Shown here piece by piece: positions 1 through 7,625 of a stretch of DNA of 48,761 bases; position 1 is the first letter of the stretch, and each line of letters opens with the position of its first letter. The position numbers and the translations under genes are program-made. The DNA lies in IMG/VR virus record IMGVR_UViG_3300011444_000002, positions 1 to 48,761 of that record, one strand, 5' to 3'. The stretch is from a virus (Duplodnaviria > Caudoviricetes). The notes under the pieces were generated by a model that was not told the origin of the DNA, did no database searches, and saw only the letters and a list, made by a program, of their open reading frames with translations.

Positions 1-123
1 CCTCGTGGCAGTAGCTCTGGGCATTTCGACCTCCTCGTTTCAGGGTATGCGCGCGGCTCCGGTCCTTGCAGGGGTCGACGGTGCCGATTGTCCCGTCGCC
101 GCGCGCTGCGGAACTCTACGTCG
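1..123. repeat. Terminal direct repeat (copy 1); circular assembly overlap
   Basis: Bases 1-123 are identical to 48639-48761. The nuclease gene start (ATG at 24 = 48662) and its RBS lie inside the repeat. Confidence 0.97.
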
Positions 124-1234
124 TCGTCGGGACGGTGTCGACGCCCGCGTTCCGCGCGCGCCGCTCGGCCTTCTCTTTCGCGATCTCCTGGAGCGTGCGG
201 ATAATCTCGGCCGCGTTGACCTGGTCGGCGAGGAATGTCGGAGTGTAGCCGTCCGCGCCGTCGAGCCCGAGCTGGCCGGCGACGCGCTCGTTCAGGACGA
301 CGGTTTTCAGATCGTCGTTCCAGACCTGGGCCTCGATCGCGTATTTCCGGATCGCGGCCGCGGTCCCAGGCGACGACCCGCCGCCCTCGACGCGCTTCAC
401 GGTCTCGACCGGCTCGGGGTCGGAGCCGTTCGTCGGCTCGACCTCGTTCTTCGCCGCGGGCGGGTCGCCCGCGCCGGCCTCTGCGGACGCCTTCGCGATC
501 TCCGACTTCGCGGGGCTCGCGATCTGCGGCCGCGGAGCCTGCTCGGGGAGCTCGACGATCGCGCCGGTCAGCGGGTCGATCTTCGCGCCGAGCTCCTCTG
601 CCAGGAGCATCCCGCCCGCGACGAGCTCGGGGACATTCCCGTTCACGACGAACGAGAGCGCGCGCCATCGGAGCATCCTCTTAGGGTATCGGGTGTAGTT
701 GGATCCCTGCTTGTCGAGCAGGCCCGCGCGGTCGGCCTCCTCGATCGAGAACTCGTCCTCGAACGTCTCGCCGTTCGGGAGCGTGATCCGCACCCGCGCG
801 AGCTCGTCGGTCGAGACGAGCCACTCGTGCCGGACGCCGGCCTCGCGGATCTTTTTGAGGAGCAGTTTCCCCGAGCACCCGATTTTCCCGTCGATCGCGT
901 GGAGCTCGGACTGCGCCTCCAGAGGCCCGATCCCGATCTCGAACCCGCGCATTACCTTTAGGAAAACGGTCTCGGCGTTCTTGACGCCCTTTCCCGCGTT
1001 CCCCGACTCGAAAATGATCCGGCAGAACCGCGCCGCGGTGTTGACGTTGTTTCCGACGTAGACGGCCGACGCGGGGAGCCTGGAGCGGATCACGCTCGCG
1101 TCGTCGAGAGTCGCGATCGCGTGCGACGTCGCGGGAATGGCGAGCGGCTCGGCGTGCTCGTTCGTCTGCGGGGTTTCGACTGCGGTCCGGAGCTGCGGCT
1201 GCGGCGGCCGCGTGGCGGCCTTTGCTCGTGGCAT
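116..1234 (-). CDS. RecT/Redbeta-like ssDNA annealing protein
   Basis: Core KVMRGFEIGIGPLEAQSELHAIDGKIG...FSIEEADRAGLL...YTRYPKRMLRWRALS resembles RecT-family annealases. Strong RBS. Sits directly upstream of the nuclease across the circular junction. Confidence 0.8.
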   Translation of the reverse strand: MPRAKAATRPPQPQLRTAVETPQTNEHAEPLAIPATSHAIATLDDASVIRSRLPASAVYVGNNVNTAARFCRIIFESGNAGKGVKNAETVFLKVMRGFEIGIGPLEAQSELHAIDGKIGCSGKLLLKKIREAGVRHEWLVSTDELARVRITLPNGETFEDEFSIEEADRAGLLDKQGSNYTRYPKRMLRWRALSFVVNGNVPELVAGGMLLAEELGAKIDPLTGAIVELPEQAPRPQIASPAKSEIAKASAEAGAGDPPAAKNEVEPTNGSDPEPVETVKRVEGGGSSPGTAAAIRKYAIEAQVWNDDLKTVVLNERVAGQLGLDGADGYTPTFLADQVNAAEIIRTLQEIAKEKAERRARNAGVDTVPTTT

Positions 1235-1286
1235 CGTCTCCTCCTCGTTTCAGGACGGCGAGCGGGGTGCTCGCACGAGGACGGAA

Positions 1287-1313
1287 CGCTACTCGGGGTT
1301 CCGATGTTTTGCA
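1287..1313 (-). promoter_or_regulatory. Sigma70-like promoter for the recombination operon
   Basis: Minus strand reads TTGCAA-17 nt-TAGCGT upstream of the 1234 ATG. The spacer contains the reverse complement of GGTTCCGATG. Coordinates approximate. Confidence 0.55.
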
Positions 1314-1441
1314 ACGCCGACTTTTTGCTTCGCGGTCTGGGAGCTCGGGAGTACGTTCCGCGCTCAAACGAAATCGGCCCGGGCGTGACGTCCCGAGCCG
1401 ATCCGATGATCCCCATTGTCCCCGGCGAGGAGGACCCCCGC

Positions 1442-2287
1442 ATGTTACCGGACGGATCCGAAGATCGCAACGCCCTACCCTGGTTCCGCTTCTATACCGA
1501 GTTCGCGACCGACCCCGCAGTCCAGAGCCTCGCGTTCGAGGATCAGAGGCATTTCGTCGTCCTGCTCTGCCTCAAGGGCTCGGGCGTGCTCGACAAGTCC
1601 TATCCCACGCCCGAGCGGCGCGAGCTCGTGCTCGCCCGGGCCCTCGGGCTCGACCGCAGCTCCGCGGGCGAGGCCCTGCGCCGGCTGGTCGAGGCCGGCC
1701 TCGTCGACCAGGACGGGACCCCGAGCGGCTGGTCCCGCCGGCAGTACGTCGGCGACGTCTCGACCGAGCGGGTCCGGCGGTTCCGGGAACGGACGAAACG
1801 GGGTGAAACGGTTTCCGAAACGCGCCCAGATACAGATTCAGAATCAGAGACAGAGTCAAAAGCACGCCCGGGCGATTGTGGATATGTGGATAACTCCCGC
1901 CCGACGCCGGCAAAGCCGGCGGCCTCGTCGCAAGCGACGAACCCCAGACCCCCTCAAAAAACGAGCACAAAGGCCCCAGGGCCCTACCAGGCCGCGATCG
2001 AGCGGGGGCTGGCCGGACTCCCCAGGATGCGCGAGGACGACCTCCTGCGCGTCGTGAAGGCGGTCCGGCACGCCGTCCGCGAGCGTCCGGAGACGCCCCC
2101 CGAGGCCGTCGAGCGCGCGATCTCGCAGCTCGCGGGGTCCGCGGGCCCGGGCGGGGTCCCCGGGGCGGCCTGGTGGCCGTATCTGGTCTCGACGATCCCC
2201 CGAAAGGCCGACGCCCTGGTCGAGGAACGCCTGGAGCGGGAGGCCCGGGAGCGGCGGGAGCTCCTCGCCCGGGAGCGGCGAGCGTGA
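1442..2287 (+). CDS. Phage replication initiator (replisome organizer-like)
   Basis: N-terminal PWFRFYTEFATDPAVQSL, then WSRRQY...STERVRRFRER and a DTDSESETE linker, typical of phage initiators. GAGGAGG precedes ATG 1442. Confidence 0.8.
   Translation: MLPDGSEDRNALPWFRFYTEFATDPAVQSLAFEDQRHFVVLLCLKGSGVLDKSYPTPERRELVLARALGLDRSSAGEALRRLVEAGLVDQDGTPSGWSRRQYVGDVSTERVRRFRERTKRGETVSETRPDTDSESETESKARPGDCGYVDNSRPTPAKPAASSQATNPRPPQKTSTKAPGPYQAAIERGLAGLPRMREDDLLRVVKAVRHAVRERPETPPEAVERAISQLAGSAGPGGVPGAAWWPYLVSTIPRKADALVEERLEREARERRELLARERRA
1795..1893 (+). promoter_or_regulatory. Putative replication origin inside the initiator gene (iteron-like repeats and DnaA boxes)
   Basis: GAAACG at 1795, 1805 and 1817; five tandem CAGANN hexamers from ~1827; perfect DnaA box TGTGGATAA at 1885-1893 and a 1-mismatch box at 1877-1885. 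Confidence 0.6.
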
Positions 2288-2442
2288 CCGACCCCGAGGA
2301 GGGCTCCCTGGAGCGGCTCTGCCGGTGCGGTTGCCGGTTCCCCCAGGAGCTCGGGGCTTACGGGTGCCCGAGCTGCGAGGGCGATTCGGGCTGGTCCCGG
2401 CTGGTCCTGAAAAAAGATTCGGACCCCCGTCGATTTTCCTAA
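2284..2442 (+). CDS. Small Zn-ribbon protein
   Basis: GTG overlaps the initiator stop (GTGA). CxC...CxxC motif (LCRCGC...GCPSC). Confidence 0.55.
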   Translation: MTDPEEGSLERLCRCGCRFPQELGAYGCPSCEGDSGWSRLVLKKDSDPRRFS

Positions 2443-2512
2443 CGCCCGCAGGTTCCGATGCCGTAACTTGAAGTACGTCGGCGGTGGTCGCCGGCATCCT
2501 GAAACGAGGAGG
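2426..2512 (+). promoter_or_regulatory. Early promoter/leader, copy 1
   Basis: CCCGTCGATTTTCCTAAC-N7-GGTTCCGATGCCGTAACTTGA, then a hairpin, then CCTGAAACGAGGAGG. Duplicated at 4082-4172. Confidence 0.75.
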
Positions 2513-2517
2513 ACAAG

Positions 2518-3051
2518 ATGCGCCGCAAGTTGCTGGCCCAGATCGAGTGCTCGATCACGACGAACGTTGCCGATACGCTCCGCGAGGAGAACGCGTTCGA
2601 GGACTGGACGCGCCGCGCGCAGCTCGAAGTCGCGAACGTGAACTACCAGGTCGACCAGAACTCCCTCTCCCCGCGCGAGCACGCCGAGCTCCTGAAGATG
2701 ATCGGCCGCCTCGACCTCGCCGTCGCGATCGCCCCCGAGCTCGCGCCGGAGCTCCCGACCGGGTTCTTCGCGATCGCGATCGGCACGTTCGCGAACTCCT
2801 ACAAGTTCTGCTCCTGCCAGTTCTGCGGAACGGTGATCCGTCGCAACAAGCCGGGAGCCGCTCGGCATCGCAAGGCGTGCGCCGGCTGGATCCGGGAGTA
2901 CGCTCCGACCGACTGCGGCCACAAGTTCACGACCCCCGGCTGCGCCTCGTGCGCCTCCAAGCCGCTCCGCTTCCCGACGCACGCCGAGTTCCCCTGCCAG
3001 CCGGTCGGCTCCTGCTCCTGCGAGAGCGGGTTCGACAACGGGTCCGAGTAA
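2518..3051 (+). CDS. Hypothetical protein with Cys/His-rich C-terminus
   Basis: Strong RBS and phage-like codon usage. Contains CSCQFC, CGH...CASC and H...C...CSC clusters. Confidence 0.8.
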   Translation: MRRKLLAQIECSITTNVADTLREENAFEDWTRRAQLEVANVNYQVDQNSLSPREHAELLKMIGRLDLAVAIAPELAPELPTGFFAIAIGTFANSYKFCSCQFCGTVIRRNKPGAARHRKACAGWIREYAPTDCGHKFTTPGCASCASKPLRFPTHAEFPCQPVGSCSCESGFDNGSE

Positions 3052-3767
3052 TGGCGGCCGCGTCGGTTCACCCGTTCGAGCGCGCGGGCCTCGGGCTCGC
3101 GCCGTTCCGCGTCGTCGGCATGATCGAGCGTCGCGGTCCGATTAACACGGTCCTCGGGGGCGTCCTCGTTTCCGTCGGAGCTCCGGGGCAGCCGATGGGG
3201 AGCTGCAAGTTCTGCGGGATCGGGATCGCGTACTGCTTCGTCGTCCGCTCGTCCGATAAGCGCGAGTTCGAGGTCGGCTCCGACTGCGTCGCGCGCACGC
3301 GGACCGAGATCCTCCCGGCGGTGAAGCGTCAGGTCGCGAAGGCCGAGCGCGAGCGCGTCCAGGCTCGCGTCGACGCCCGCGTCGGGTCCGCTCGCGTCTC
3401 CCTGGAGCGCGAGGACGTGCGCGCCGTCCTGCGGGCCCGCTCGACGAACTACGGGACGTCGACCGGCCGCCGCCAGACCGTTCTCGCCTGGGCCGAGTGG
3501 ATGCTCGCGCACGCCGGCCGCAAGGGTCAGACGCTCGTCGCGCAGCGCGTCGAGGCCGTCGTCGCCGAGCTGGCCGAGAACCCGCTCCCCGCGGCCGTCT
3601 ACGAAACCTCCGACGAGTCGGGCCCGCTCGATCGCGCCTGCCAGGCGCACGCGATCGAGAAGTTCGAGGACGGCGACGGCTACCAGATCCGGCGGGTCGA
3701 GACCGGCGCGCCTTGCACGTTCTGCGCCCTGGAGCTCGCCCGGGCGGCCGCGGGGTTCGGCTCGTGA
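3051..3767 (+). CDS. Hypothetical Zn-binding phage protein
   Basis: TAATG coupling with the upstream gene. Sequence HPFERAGLGLAPF...SCKFCGIGIAYCFVVRSSDKREFEVGSDCV, with a second C/H cluster at the C-terminus. Confidence 0.8.
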   Translation: MAAASVHPFERAGLGLAPFRVVGMIERRGPINTVLGGVLVSVGAPGQPMGSCKFCGIGIAYCFVVRSSDKREFEVGSDCVARTRTEILPAVKRQVAKAERERVQARVDARVGSARVSLEREDVRAVLRARSTNYGTSTGRRQTVLAWAEWMLAHAGRKGQTLVAQRVEAVVAELAENPLPAAVYETSDESGPLDRACQAHAIEKFEDGDGYQIRRVETGAPCTFCALELARAAAGFGS

Positions 3768-4072
3768 GGACGGTCCAGGAGTGGCGGGAGCGGGACCTCG
3801 CGAACCGCCGGGAGCTGCGCGCCGCGATGCGATGGTGGCGCGCAGCGCACCCGCGCCGGGTCGTGCGGGTCGTGAGCCACAATTTCGTCGGCCACGTCCT
3901 CTGGTCGAACGAGGGCGACGCCGGGCCCGTCGGCTCGGTCGCCCGGGTTCTGGAGGGGTTCCGGGCCCGCCTGGACGGGGACCCGCGTTGCACGGTGCGC
4001 GACTGCTACTACTGCCGCGTCGACGCCTTTCGGGAGGACCAGGCCCGGGCCCTGGGAGCTCCCCGAAAATAG
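3764..4072 (+). CDS. Hypothetical protein
   Basis: GTGA coupling; C-terminal CTVRDCYYC. Confidence 0.65.
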   Translation: MRTVQEWRERDLANRRELRAAMRWWRAAHPRRVVRVVSHNFVGHVLWSNEGDAGPVGSVARVLEGFRARLDGDPRCTVRDCYYCRVDAFREDQARALGAPRK

Positions 4073-4081
4073 TTTGGCCGG

Positions 4082-4172
4082 CCCGTCGATTTTCCTAACC
4101 CTCCCGGGTTCCGATGCCGTAACTTGATCCATGTCGCGGCGACGGTCGCCCCGACGTCCTGAAACGAGGAGG
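4082..4172 (+). promoter_or_regulatory. Early promoter/leader, copy 2
   Basis: Same two conserved blocks and same 15-mer as 2426-2512. Confidence 0.75.
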
Positions 4173-4177
4173 ATCCG

Positions 4178-4429
4178 ATGCTCGAACTTTCCGAATACCA
4201 GAACGACCGCGCCGCCGCGGCCTTGAACGTCGACCCCGCGGACATTCGCGCCCGCAAGTCCGAGGACGGGCTCTACATGGTCTACGCGGTGTCCTCGATC
4301 GCCGTCGGGTTCGGGGCGACCGAGGCCCTCGCCGTCGACGCGCTCGAAGTCGACGCCCGCTCGATGCCGGACCACAAGAACCCCGTCGCGATCGAGGCCC
4401 TCGTCGCGTTCCGCGGGGTGCGGTCGTGA
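4178..4429 (+). CDS. Hypothetical protein
   Basis: Strong RBS 5 nt before ATG; 83 aa. Confidence 0.8.
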   Translation: MLELSEYQNDRAAAALNVDPADIRARKSEDGLYMVYAVSSIAVGFGATEALAVDALEVDARSMPDHKNPVAIEALVAFRGVRS

Positions 4430-4776
4430 AGGCCGCGATCCGCTGCGTCGGCTGCTCGCGCAAGCTGCGCGAGCTCGACCTCCTGCTCGTCGCGACCGCG
4501 GTGTTCGATCGCAAGTGCGCGGGGTGCGGTGTCTCCTGGCGCATCGTCGCGACCCCGCTCGCGAACGCGGCGACGCAGGTCGTTCACCGTCTGGACTGGA
4601 CCGCGAAAAACTTCCGCGCGGTCGCGACGTTCTCGCAGGGTGGCGCGCCGGCCGACAAGCCGGCGACCGCCCATTGTAACGAGCGCGAGATCGGCTGCCT
4701 CGACGCGCTCGCCTCGACCTGCTCGTGCGACTGCGTCCCCTGCCACGAGGCCGAGCTCGGCGCGGTGAAGTCGTGA
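4426..4776 (+). CDS. Cys-rich hypothetical protein (Com-like Zn ribbon plus a second Cys cluster)
   Basis: IRCVGCSRKL...KCAGCG and HC...GC...CSCDCVPCH; GTGA coupling. Confidence 0.7.
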   Translation: MKAAIRCVGCSRKLRELDLLLVATAVFDRKCAGCGVSWRIVATPLANAATQVVHRLDWTAKNFRAVATFSQGGAPADKPATAHCNEREIGCLDALASTCSCDCVPCHEAELGAVKS

Positions 4777-5246
4777 GCCGCTTCCCGAAGATCACGGCGA
4801 CGCAGACGCTCCCCGAGATCCTCGCCGTGACGGGGGTCCGCGACTACGGGCCCTCGGACGGCGAGGGCTCGACCGCGTGTCCGCATTGTGGCTCCCGCGG
4901 CCGGTACGTTATCTCGTTCGTCTGCGCCGACGGCTCGCGCCGCGGCGCGATGCGCGGCTGCGTGAACTTGTTCCCGATCGCGCGCGAGACCTCGCGCGCT
5001 GCGAAATTGATCCAGGAGGCTTTCGAGCGCGCGGCCATCGCGGCCGAGAGCAAGCGCAAGCCGGCGCGCTGGTGGCAGGACATGATCGACGCGACCGAGC
5101 GGTTCTCCGCGCACCCGCTCCCCGACGTGCCGGCGATCCAGGCCGCACGCGTCGAGCTCTTTCGCGCGGTCTGGGAGGCCGAGTCCCGCCGCCAGGAGTG
5201 GCTCGCGAAAAACGGCTACGGGGTTCGCGCGCGGCGGTCCCGGTGA
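4773..5246 (+). CDS. Hypothetical Zn-binding protein
   Basis: GTGA coupling; CPHCG...FVC...GAMRGCV. Confidence 0.75.
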   Translation: MSRFPKITATQTLPEILAVTGVRDYGPSDGEGSTACPHCGSRGRYVISFVCADGSRRGAMRGCVNLFPIARETSRAAKLIQEAFERAAIAAESKRKPARWWQDMIDATERFSAHPLPDVPAIQAARVELFRAVWEAESRRQEWLAKNGYGVRARRSR

Positions 5247-5422
5247 GCGCGGTCCTGCTCGACGCGCTCCGCAAGATCCGGGACAAGTTCCCGCACGACA
5301 AACGCTGCGCGTCAGGGAGGACGCGCCTCTCCGGGTTCGAGCGGAACCCGAGCTGCGACTGCTACGTCGGGATCGCGAACGACGCGATCCGCAAGTTCGA
5401 GTCCGAAAACGAGGAGGTCTAG
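5243..5422 (+). CDS. Small hypothetical protein
   Basis: GTGA coupling; HxxxC...CDC motif. Confidence 0.65.
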   Translation: MSAVLLDALRKIRDKFPHDKRCASGRTRLSGFERNPSCDCYVGIANDAIRKFESENEEV

Positions 5423-5424
5423 CC

Positions 5425-6075
5425 GTGAAAGCTACCTATCAGGTCGACGCGATCCAGGGGAAGTTCCTGCGGGTGCTCGCGATGGGAGAGACGTTCGACA
5501 AGGCTCGCGCGATCGCAGACCGCGCGGTCGCGGACCCGGCGGTTCAGGTCCGCGTTACGGGAACGACGTCCGACGGCGACGTCCTCGTCGTCGAGGACTG
5601 GCGCGCCGCGTCCGAGCGCGCCGGCCGCGTCGGCGTCGGACACGTCCTCGCGGACGGACACGTCGCCGAGACCTGCGAGCTCTGCCTCGCGCGCCCGCGG
5701 GTCGTCGTCTCCGACGCCCTCGACGCCGGCTACCGCACGCTCCAGGACGACGTCCTGCGGAACGTCGGCCTCTTGAAGATCGCGACAAACGAGGCCGCGG
5801 CCGAGTCCTACCGCGAGCTCGCGGGCGTCTGCGCCGAGCGCGCGAAGGCCGAGCGCGACCGCCTCGGGATCGAGGCCCTCGCCGCGAACGACGCGTGCCG
5901 GGAGTATCTGGACCGGCTCCAGGACAACGCCCCCGCGATGCTCCAGTTTCTCGACGACTTCGTCGCGTGGACCGACGGCGAGGTCTCCCTCGGGAAGGCC
6001 GTCCCGTCGATCGCGTCGGCGAACGTCGAGCGGGCTCGCGCGATCCGCGACCGGATCGTCGGGGTGAAGTCGTGA
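5425..6075 (+). CDS. Hypothetical protein
   Basis: GAGGAGG RBS; 216 aa with phage-like codon usage. Confidence 0.8.
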   Translation: MKATYQVDAIQGKFLRVLAMGETFDKARAIADRAVADPAVQVRVTGTTSDGDVLVVEDWRAASERAGRVGVGHVLADGHVAETCELCLARPRVVVSDALDAGYRTLQDDVLRNVGLLKIATNEAAAESYRELAGVCAERAKAERDRLGIEALAANDACREYLDRLQDNAPAMLQFLDDFVAWTDGEVSLGKAVPSIASANVERARAIRDRIVGVKS

Positions 6076-6536
6076 AGGCCCGCCCCGACGGGGACCCCTG
6101 CGTCGTCGGCGACTGCGGGCTCCCCCGCAGCGCGCCCGAGCACGACGACGAGAGCGAGCTCTACTCGCACAGATACCGCGACGACGGCGCAGAGGACGGC
6201 CAGAGCCTCGTCGAGTTCGCGCTCGTGCTGCCGGTGTTCCTGGTCGTCGTCCTGCTCTTGTTCGACGCGGGCGGCATCCTCTGGCGGTTCAATATGACTA
6301 CCTCGATTGCGCGCCTGGTCGCGCGCGACGCCTCGATAAACGGTCCGGTCGTTGCCTCGCGGAACGGGGTCGCGCTCGCAGCTCGGCTCGGCTACAAGGG
6401 GGTCGTGACGGCGAAGTACGAACCCGGCAAGCGCGACGTGATCGTGACGGCGACGACGACGAACCGCGCGATCTTGTTCGGCCGGAACCTCCCGATCACG
6501 GCGACGACGTCGGCGCATGTCGAGATCGTTCGATGA
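6072..6536 (+). CDS. TadE-like (Flp/Tad pilus) pseudopilin
   Basis: G|QSLVEFALVLPVFLVVVLLLFDAG...ARLVARDAS matches the TadE prepilin-peptidase site, the hydrophobic helix and a degenerate AAREGAR motif. Confidence 0.8.
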   Translation: MKARPDGDPCVVGDCGLPRSAPEHDDESELYSHRYRDDGAEDGQSLVEFALVLPVFLVVVLLLFDAGGILWRFNMTTSIARLVARDASINGPVVASRNGVALAARLGYKGVVTAKYEPGKRDVIVTATTTNRAILFGRNLPITATTSAHVEIVR

Positions 6537-6904
6537 GCCGCGCGATCGAGAACCCCGAGCGGAAGTGTCTCGTCTGCGGGAAGCGTCTGGTCGGAAAGTA
6601 CCGCCAGGCGGTCGTCCGGACCTGGCACGAGCTCCCGCAGCGCGGGTGCATCCACAGGACGCTCGCCGCGAACGGTCGGATCGTCGCCTGCGATCTGCCG
6701 ATCCGGCTCGACGGGTCGATCTCGGTCTGCTCCGCGGGGCATCGCGAGGCCGCGATCCAGCGCGTCGAGCTCGGTCCGAAGGAACTCGTCGGCTACGGGC
6801 TCGACGCCCGCGGAGCCTTCCACTCCCAGAACTGCGCGACGGTGTTCGCGCACGCCGCGGCCGAAAACGGGCATCGGTACAAGTTTTTCGGGGTGAGCTC
6901 GTGA
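6533..6904 (+). CDS. Hypothetical treble-clef-like Zn protein
   Basis: KCLVCGKRL...GYGLDARGAFHSQNCATVFA; ATGA coupling. Confidence 0.75.
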   Translation: MSRAIENPERKCLVCGKRLVGKYRQAVVRTWHELPQRGCIHRTLAANGRIVACDLPIRLDGSISVCSAGHREAAIQRVELGPKELVGYGLDARGAFHSQNCATVFAHAAAENGHRYKFFGVSS

Positions 6905-7107
6905 GGCCGCGCCCGAAACGCGACTGGATCACGGTTACAGAGGCCGCGATCGAGCTCGGGTTCTCCGATACCTACGTTCGGCGTCTCGTGCGCGAGGGTC
7001 GGATCTACGCCGAGAACGCGTTCGGCGTCTACCTCGTGTACGCGCCCGCGGTCGAGGAGTTCAAGAGGACGCCCGCGCGGCCGCCAGGCCGCCAGGCCGC
7101 CGTCTAG
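6901..7107 (+). CDS. Excisionase/MerR-like helix-turn-helix DNA-binding protein
   Basis: WITVTEAAIELGFSDTYVRRLVREGRI, an HTH_17-type pattern. Confidence 0.8.
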   Translation: MRPRPKRDWITVTEAAIELGFSDTYVRRLVREGRIYAENAFGVYLVYAPAVEEFKRTPARPPGRQAAV

Positions 7108-7155
7108 GAAACGAGAACGCGGGCGTCCAGTCGACGCCCGCGTCCCCCTCGTTTC
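7108..7155. terminator. Long hairpin between the convergent arms (probable bidirectional terminator)
   Basis: ACGCGGGCGTC-cagtc-GACGCCCGCGT stem, extended by GAAACGAG/CTCGTTTC. Confidence 0.65.
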
Positions 7156-7268
7156 GTTGCAGTCAATCTCGCCCTAGCGGCGAACGATCCAGCGCATGTC
7201 GAGATCCTCCCAAGGTGTCTCCGCTGAAAGGCCCAGGCGCAAGCCGCCCGGGGGTTTCGCGACGCCGG

Positions 7269-7535
7269 CTACGCGCCGCCGATGTGATCCCGGTTGTAGC
7301 CGCTCCGCTTGCGCCGGAGCTCCAGGAACGCCCTCTGGAGGTTGGCCGCGACCATCGCGGGATTGATCCCGTCGAGCGCGCGCTCGGCCTCCGCGTGAAA
7401 CAGATTCCAGAGCTCGGCCTCGGAGAGGCCCGGGTTCGCCTTCTCGACCTCGTCGAGCTTCCCCTCTGCGTGCTCCCGGAGCCATTCGATCTGCTGCTCC
7501 AGGTCTTTGATCGTCTCCTCGATATTCGTCGGCAT
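7269..7535 (-). CDS. Small hypothetical protein, last gene of the late operon
   Basis: GAGGAG RBS before ATG 7535 (alternative start 7622); helical and acidic. Confidence 0.7.
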   Translation of the reverse strand: MPTNIEETIKDLEQQIEWLREHAEGKLDEVEKANPGLSEAELWNLFHAEAERALDGINPAMVAANLQRAFLELRRKRSGYNRDHIGGA

Positions 7536-7625
7536 GTAGAGCTCCTCGACGGGGACGCAGCCGCCCCCGGGCCCGAAGTAACAGACGACCCCGCGCACGC
7601 CGCGCGGGACATGGAAGATCATCGG

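Noticed and set aside
1-123. Biological terminal repeat or att site
   Set aside because: It cuts through a gene start and is most simply an assembly overlap. Physical ends cannot be inferred without reads.
2498-2512. Hammerhead ribozyme or CRISPR repeat for the 15-mer
   Set aside because: There is no CUGANGA core with the required stems, and the copies are dispersed rather than regularly spaced.
4765-6075. Similar C-termini of early proteins (GAVKS, GVKS, GVRS, GVSS) as a sorting signal
   Set aside because: Explained by the next gene's RBS and the GTGA start/stop overlap.
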